A DNA stretch of 64,000 nucleotides from Octopus vulgaris. Its lineage: Eukaryota. A program made the position numbers and the translations under genes. The notes below the pieces were generated by a model. The model had not been told where the DNA came from. It did no database searches and saw nothing but the letters and a program-made list of their open reading frames with translations. Where the stretch lies: assembly GCA_951406725.2 (NCBI GenBank), contig OX597819.1:21452001-21516000 (forward strand), read 5' to 3'. Positions 55,889 through 64,000 of this stretch are shown piece after piece. Within the stretch, counting starts at the first letter, position 1, and every line of letters starts with the position of its first letter.

Positions 55889-56549
55889 ATTCATGTTCAT
55901 TCATCTTTTTAAAAAATGGTGACAGTGACTTCGCAAGATTAATGTGCCCACATTTATAAGATTCTGTGATGAAGATAAACGAGAAGAAGCCTCCAGGTTA
56001 CTTTCACCCTTAACTCATATTTTTTTAATATGTACACACACACACACACACACGCACAGAGTTAACATGAATATGTATGTGCGTGTATGTGTACAAACAT
56101 AGAGGTGTCATAGCATATATGTATATATGTAAATCTTTTTCTTTTTCATCATTTATTTGACAGATTTTCTCACCCTATACTTTGCAAGGAAGTTTTCTTC
56201 TTTCTGCTCCACTGGGCCTACAAATCTGCTTTAACGGTGCCAAGTGTAAAATTTTACTCTTCGACTTGCAATCTCATACAATTTCAGTGAGTAATTTGAA
56301 TTTACACGACGTATAACGAAATCAAACGGAGTATTTAATGTCGTTGCGTGTAAACATTGTATTATCACCATTGCTCTTAAGAGCTGTTTTATGATAGTCG
56401 CTTTTAAATCTTATATCACGCTATATTCTTTAATAGAATATATTTTCTGTAGTGTGTTTATGGCTCTAGATATTACACTACGCTGTTTCTATTTGTTTCA
56501 CTTCCCTATCTCTCTCTCTCGTTCTCACCCTCTTTCTCTGTCTCTTCCA

Positions 56550-56605
<56 letters not shown>

Positions 56606-56661
56606 CATACATACATATAGAAATTCATATATATATATATATACATACATGCATATAGAAA

Positions 56662-56696
<35 letters not shown>

Positions 56697-57431
56697 ATGT
56701 ATTTGAAAACGTGTGAGATCCTTGGTAGAGTTAGATATATTTGAAATAGATGAATAACTTCAATGGTAGTTCTAATCAGCTTAATTTGTTATTTTTTAAT
56801 AATATAAATTTTACCCTTTAGTTCATAGATCGAGTTAGTTCTTTGTTAATTTAGCTGGGGAGACTTCTAAAAAAAATCCTTGTTAACATTTTTGGAGAAC
56901 TTCCTCGCATTCGTTGTCAAACAGATCTGAGACTCTGGGGCTTTGTGATTCTATATTTGGGAGCTAGGTGTATTTGGAGTGGGGTTGGGGTTTGCTAATC
57001 AGTGTGGGAGTAAAAAAGATTATTGATGAATGATAGCTGAAAGAGAGTAGAGAATGGTTAACACAAAAGACATGATTGGGGATGGGGTTGGGAGTTGGTG
57101 GAGGTGTTAAAACGAGTGTCTTATGAAGCCGTTTGAATAGTTGACTTTTGGTCAGAAATCTAATGGTCAGATGTTTTTTTCCAAATACTTTCTTTTAGTA
57201 ATTTTCTGTTTAAGGTGTGTGTCTGGAATGGTGGTGTTAATGAAGTGTAAGATACATGTCTTTTGATAAAAATGTTGGTTTATAGAAATGTTTTTGATGT
57301 ATATTTTGGTTTGGGAGGAGAGATGGGAATACCATGCTAGCTCACATATTTACTTCCCTACATATAATACACAAAATATATATTTACATCTCTCTCTCCC
57401 CACTCTCTCTCTCTATATATACACACACACT

Positions 57432-57486
<55 letters not shown>

Positions 57487-58224
57487 TTACACACACACAC
57501 ACCTGCATAGATAAACTCATATACACACACCCACGCACACATATATACGCAGAGCCATGCACGAATATACTCATACATGCGCCCACATATAAATGCGCAT
57601 CCATACACATGCATATATATATATATGTATACACATAGGTATATAGATTTGCATACACACACGCGCACATATATATAAACCTGTATGTACGCACACACAT
57701 ATATATCTACATATACATACACATATATACACACGTTTACACACACACACCCACACGCAAATATCCCTACCAGCTCACATGTCCCCACACCTCCACCCAC
57801 GCATCCACGACCACCATCATCGCCACCCAATGTCCATTTTCCATATAGACACTAAACGACGCTGATGATAATGATGGATGCAAATATATGGGCGCATACG
57901 AGGCAGAAAACAATTCACACGCGTGGGTAACTATGTGCATATACATATTTACACAAATATACCTACACACGTGTATACATACACGTATACACACATGTGC
58001 GTTTTCATGTATGACACCCGTATATTTACATATACCCATATACACATGCACACGTACACACATATACACTACTCAAGTATTTAAGTTCACAAGTCCATTG
58101 CGTAGAGAGGAGTGAGGGAAATGGTAGTTTACGTCTGAGGATTGCTCTTTTCAACGATCAAATGACTGAAAAAGTTGGGTGTCAACCAATCCTATTTGGA
58201 TATATATATATATATATATATATA

Positions 58225-58430
58225 TTCAAAATGTGACCGCGTGTGTACCGTTGGCGATTTTTTTTCCTCAGTCTTCCCTTCTTTGGATCTTTCCTTTTCC
58301 TATGTTTTTGACGAAGAGCTCAGCTCGAAACGTTAAACCCTCCTTCTTCCCTTCCTTCCTGAGCGTCCAGTAATACTATATTTGTTCCACGTCCCCGCGT
58401 TGTGGTGTTTTCATGTTTGGATTAACTTTA
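58225..58430 (+). mobile_element. Short TA-embedded repeat with a minimal HHR (PLE pLTR-like)
   Basis: 58304-58338: gttt tTGACGA A GAGC tca GCTC GAAA CG TT aaac. (TA)n on both sides; partial copy at 29385-29500. Confidence 0.65.
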
Positions 58431-58449
58431 TATATATATAATTATAATT

Positions 58450-58700
58450 ATAAACAATTATGAACTTTTTTATTACACCAAACTTTAAACTTATAGCTAT
58501 TATGCTTACTACCGACAAAACACCACCACGTGGATCCTGTTGAGACCAGTAAGAAACAATTATGAACTTTTTTTATTATACTTAACTTTTTAAAATATTG
58601 TTGATAAGGTTCGTTTTTTCAAGAAGAACCGAAACATGTAAAATTTCTAAGAAAATTAAAATTTATCTTATATAGTGGCGTTTTCAAACTTCTTTTTTAT
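58450..58700 (+). mobile_element. TA-embedded repeat with an internal direct repeat and a degenerate HHR
   Basis: aaacaattatgaactttttttatta at ~58452 and ~58553; tTGATaA GGTTC...GAACC GAAA CATG TA at 58601-58640. Confidence 0.5.
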
Positions 58701-58769
58701 AAATATAAATAAAATATATATATATATATATATGGAGAGGATCCCGTTATTCGTTGTGTGGAATGGCGG

Positions 58770-59800
58770 AATGTCATTTTTTTTTGTGTGTGTTCAGTAA
58801 TGGTTTGTATCTCCTGATGAAGAATTCTTCTTAATATTTCAGGAAAGGCTCCTTCTCCGACGATAACTTAAAGGGGAAGATTGTGAACTTTCACTTTCTG
58901 CACGACGCTAAGTGTCCACTGCAAGTAGTGTTTCTCACTGAGTTGGGATGTGGGGGTCTTTAATTTCTTGCTTGTGTACAGGATCTCTGCCGTATAGCCC
59001 CGTTCCTGGGTCACCAACATACTTCTCTTTACACTGCGGGCAAGCTGTACAGTAAATTAAGCTTTTCATTTTGCAATTCAAACAACTCATTGTTTTTAAA
59101 GGAGATTTGCCCATTCTCTTCAATACATTCTCAAGTTCCGCATCGAGGATTCTCGTATTTTTTAATTTTCACCGTTTCAATGTTAGTTGTACATTTCGCC
59201 TTGGTGAGAATATTTTTTTTTCAGTTCGGTGCTTGGCGTCTACTGGGAGAGCAAACATTTAGGGGGATTGCTGGAGAAATGGGAGATATTGTTTGGTGAC
59301 TTTCACAATGTTGGAGTTCCTTGGGTTGCGAGTGACGAGAAAGGGACGACTGTTTTGTCCTCTTTATTTTTTTTGGTTTGTTTTTTCTTGGAGTGTTCTG
59401 GGCCTTGACGATGGCTCTATTGAGAAGGCTAATCGGATATTCTTGTCTTTAAGGACCATTTTTGTTCATGCAATCTTTTTTCCTGTTGTGTGATCTGTGT
59501 TACTATGGTGCAGATGCATCTTACCATGTTAAAGGAAATGTTCCTTTTGGTATGTGAGGGGTGTGTTGATCGGAAATTTAAGTATTGTTATGTGTCTGTT
59601 AATTTATAAAACAAATCTGTTTTGATAGTTTCCTCTTCTTTAATAATACGGATATCCAGAAATGGTAGTTCCTTTCTACTACATTCCATGGTGAATTGTA
59701 TTCCTTCATGAATCCAGTTTATGACGGAATGGAATCTCTGCAGGTCTCTGTGGATTCTATCCCAAAAGATGCAACAATCGTCTAGGTAATGTTTCAGTTG
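58770..59800 (-). mobile_element. Penelope-like retroelement fossil: RT C-terminal half plus GIY-YIG endonuclease
   Basis: HYLDDCCIFW (59791-59762); TDLFYKLTDT*QYLNFRSTHPSHTKRNISFN (PLE thumb); LIYCTACPQCKEKYVGDPG (GIY-YIG); terminal EEFFIRRYKPLLN. Confidence 0.9.
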
Positions 59801-60068
59801 TTATTAATGTAGGTGGCGACATCGTGACTTAACTTTTCTTGCAGTTGCGAATATAGTTTTGTTTCTATGTATCCCATGTGCGCGTGCGCGCGCGCTCACA
59901 CACACACACACACACACATAATAAATATGTTTATATATTCTGAGTATATTAGAGTATTCCAACGGATCATAATGTAATACTTGTATTGTCCTTTTGTACA
60001 CCTTGATTACTTTCCAGCCAAGGCATTTTAAAAAGCAAGATTATATCTCTCAGATTTCAAACTTAATT

Positions 60069-60101
<33 letters not shown>

Positions 60102-60179
60102 ATCATAAACAGTCACTAAATTTCTAAATTTCAATAATGTTGACAAAATAGAACACTCTCATTTACCGACACATTAAAA

Positions 60180-60880
60180 GACTCATTAAATACTCATTAA
60201 AAGACTCAGGAATTAAAACAACAACTACTCGAGAGAAAATATCCGTCAATGTTAATTGACATCGAAACAAAGTGTGCTAATTCAATAGATATTCAAGAAC
60301 TGGGGAAAGCAAAAGTAAAACACTTCATATTCACACAATACTCTACTCTATATTACAACACACAACCCCCAAAACACAAAGCTCTACAACATTATCCACC
60401 AGAACATTCCACTCCCGAGACAAGAGCCAAGAATGAAAAAAATCACTCGAAACATAAGAAATAATTAAACGCAAAAGACCATCAGGATCCGCCAAGAAAC
60501 TGCTCACCTGTGCTAACCTACCCTCCACAAACCCCATACCAACAGCCAAATAGTGTGGCCGCCCCCAACTGTGCGATCTACATCTACCTGTTCGTCAAAA
60601 GATTTAGTACACGCTATGAACTGTGAAGGATGCAGCTATGATTCCATAGGTCAAACAAAACTCACTCTTAGAAATAAACTTACTAATTATAGAGACAACA
60701 AATGCGAGTCCCCAGTGGGAGGAATTTACTAATTAGTGAACGAATAGACATATGTACAAAACATATGTCTTCTAAGAGCCGAGGCTTTCCGCTTTGCCTC
60801 TGTTTATTCAATACCACAGACCAAGCAAGGATAAGAAAATTCATTCATAGAAACGTACAAAGCAAGATTAAATAAACTTT
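60180..60880 (+). mobile_element. Second Penelope-like fossil: linker plus GIY-YIG region
   Basis: CGRP/NC linker followed by SSKDLVHAMNCEGCSYDSIGQTKLTLRNK (GIY..C..C..YIGQT-like); frameshifted. Confidence 0.7.
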
Positions 60881-61781
60881 AACAAACTACATTTACGAAT
60901 AACTATTCACACACAAAATCAGTCTACTGCTGGACTTATTGAATTTATACAGCTTAACAACCTAAACTTTGTATATACAATCTAACTGGCGAATTCTACA
61001 TATACATAACTGTTGAATGATTGGAAAAAAAGATATTTGATAGCTAAATTTGATGCCTGCGTACATAAACACAAGCCATAACTATTCAACAACTAGGCTA
61101 CATTGAAACACGCCCTGTACCGTCTACCAATTGACAGATTCAATCTAGAGAAGTTTAGTTTGGGATTTTCACTATACATATTCATTCAAAAGAGCGACCC
61201 TTGATTTCAGCGCAAAACATGTAGTCACATATTAAGGTAGGGGATTAGTGGGGAGCCTAAATAAACGTTCTCTTCTACGTTTGAGAGACAACACTGAAAC
61301 GTAGAGTTAAATTGTCACTAGAGATTGTCACTAAACATATTCAGACAGCCGTGACTGTTTTAACTAACGATGCCAAGAAGATTGTTTCATAACACTAATG
61401 AACGAACGTTACGGAGAACGTCCCAAATTTTCTAAAACTTGAACACTTGATCGTCCTCGACCAATCAAAATGTATCCAAAAAAGGTACTGATTTTAGTCA
61501 TTTTGTCTGTATAAAAATAAGACAATTTTTCAATTCCAACCAGAAGCAAGGCAGTTGCAACATAGCTCCAAGTCTTTCTCAATTTTTGAAAACCAAAGAA
61601 ATGTGTAAAACCGCTTAAGTCTTTCAAAATTTAACAATAAAAAATCTAACCGAACTTCAGTGTATCTTCACCCTCTCTTTCTATATTTCTACCCGTGTGG
61701 AAAAAAATGTGTTTTCTCTCTCTCTCCGCTCGCTCTCACCCCACCTCTCTCTCTCTCGCTCGCTCTCCCCCTCTCTCTCTG

Positions 61782-61823
<42 letters not shown>

Positions 61824-62364
61824 CGTGTGTGTGTATGTGTGTGTGTGTGTGTGTGTGTGTATGTTACGTATGTTTCTGAGCGTGTGTTAAGCGTCTGATG
61901 CTTGCCTGCATATATGTGTAGGTTTCTGCATCTGTGTGTGTGTGAGTGTGTGTGCATATCGATTTTTATGTGAAACATTAATCTGGGTGTAGAGTTGTGG
62001 TGTCCTTGCGAGTAAGTATGTACGTGTGGTGGGTGTCTGTATATATATGTGTGGGATCGTGTGTACATGTGTGTTCGTGTGTGTGTATCTGTGTGTGTGT
62101 GTGCGTGTGTGATTTTTGTATAAGATAGAGTTCAATAAATGTACAAATATACAATACGAATTACAGTAAATATTATGCGAGGCAGTATTTATTTATTTCT
62201 ATATATTTGTGGTACTATATTATTAATTTGTGTTTTGCTTATTTTCTTCGTTGCTCTACTAAAGTTGTTGGAAGGATATTCAAACATACAACATGATTAA
62301 TATGTTTTTAGTGGTGAGATCATTTGACAAATGGGAAATGGGAAGAGAACAGTGTATTATATAT

Positions 62365-62925
62365 TCATACATATATATACACACACACATATATATATAC
62401 ATATACATATATACATATATACACACATACATATATACATATATACACACATACATATATACATATATATACACATATATATATACATATATATACACAT
62501 ATATATATACATATATATGCACATATATATATACATATGTATACACATACATATATGCATATATATACACATACATATATACATATATATACACATACAT
62601 ATATACATATATATACACATACATATATACATATATATACACATACATATATACATATATATACACATACATATATACATATATATACACATACATATAT
62701 ACATATATATATACATACATATATATATATACATATATATATATACACATATATATACACATATATATACACACATATATATATACACACATATATATAC
62801 ACATATATATACATATATATATACGCAAACATGTATATAAACATATATATGTATATGTATGTATATCCATGTATCTATGTATATGTATATATATGTGTGT
62901 GTATGTATATATATATATATATAAA
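62365..62925. repeat. TA/CA microsatellite with 24-bp higher-order periodicity
   Basis: Repeating unit seen as (YVYIYVYM)n in the ORF track. Confidence 0.95.
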
Positions 62926-63464
62926 TCATATGTGTGTCCATATTTGGTTATATGCGTACGTACGCGTATATGTATACACAAATACACCAACATGCTTATA
63001 TCTATTTCCATTTTTGAATGAAAATGTAAAGGGTTTCTATAAGAGAAAGAAAAGAGATATAAAGAAGAAATACACGAAGCGAAGTTATAAATTCAAAATC
63101 ACTGTTCTGGTTTTCTTTATAATTTCTTTAACTAAAATAGAACTTACTATATCACATAAAATGGAACAGATTTTTGAGACGTCATTTAAAAAGCATTTTA
63201 CCATCCGTTTAGACAATATGGCGACGTAATTAAAATACAATATTTCATAAGTGTTCTGAAATTATTTCATTTAAAATGTTAAAGACAATATCTTGAATGT
63301 ATTGGGAAAAGTTACAATAGAGGGAGATTGAAAAGAAAATCACCAGAGCCGTTTCAGCTTGAAATATGCTTCTATTACTTTTACACTTAAGCAATATATT
63401 AACAAATTTTTCAGATTTATTTGTAGCGTTTAAACAAACCCACATGCGATGGAATTATGACCTC

Positions 63465-63526
63465 GTATGTGTGTATGTATATTTATCTTTGTATGCATAT
63501 ATATTTATATATATATACACACACAC

Positions 63527-63558
<32 letters not shown>

Positions 63559-63577
63559 ATACATATATATATGTATG

Positions 63578-63613
<36 letters not shown>

Positions 63614-63833
63614 CATATATATATATATATGCATGTATATATATATATATGTATGTATATATATACATATATATATATGTATGTATATATATACATATAT
63701 ATATATATGTATGTATATATATACATATATATGTATGTATATACATATATATATGTATGTATATACATATATATATATATGTATGTATATACATATATAT
63801 ATGTATGTATATATATACATATATATATGTATG

Positions 63834-63864
<31 letters not shown>

Positions 63865-63921
63865 GTATGTATATACATATATATATGTATATGTATACAT
63901 ATACATATATATATATGTATG

Positions 63922-63956
<35 letters not shown>

Positions 63957-63970
63957 GTATGTATATACAT
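63465..63970. repeat. (TA)n/(TATG)n microsatellite
   Basis: Directly visible. Confidence 0.97.
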
Positions 63971-64000
63971 AATAATGAAGGGTGAAATTAATTAATTTGG

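Noticed and set aside
58814-58820. CTGATGA core
   Set aside because: It is the antisense of the PLE ORF end (FIRR) and has no matching GAAA or stems.

Overview
AT-rich, microsatellite-dense eukaryotic DNA with no protein-coding gene I can support. The SINE repertoire (tRNA-Arg-headed OR1/OR2-like elements and related families) points to an octopus genome; this is an inference. The window is a mosaic of SINEs, decayed LINEs (Tx1/L1-like, RTE-like, CR1/L2-like), two mariner fossils, a probable MULE fossil, a non-autonomous Helitron and several Penelope-like element (PLE) remnants carrying RT and GIY-YIG motifs. Most supplied ORFs are microsatellite translations. The main signal is four long non-coding inverted repeats: one at 30.06-30.47 kb and three unrelated ones back-to-back at 51.6-53.0 kb. 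Each carries a hammerhead-ribozyme (HHR) core. Two have complete type-I HHR folds, and about five more minimal or degenerate HHR motifs lie in short TA-embedded repeats elsewhere. I interpret these as non-autonomous, microsatellite-associated, PLE-derived ribozyme hairpins. All structures were read by eye, and most element edges are approximate.
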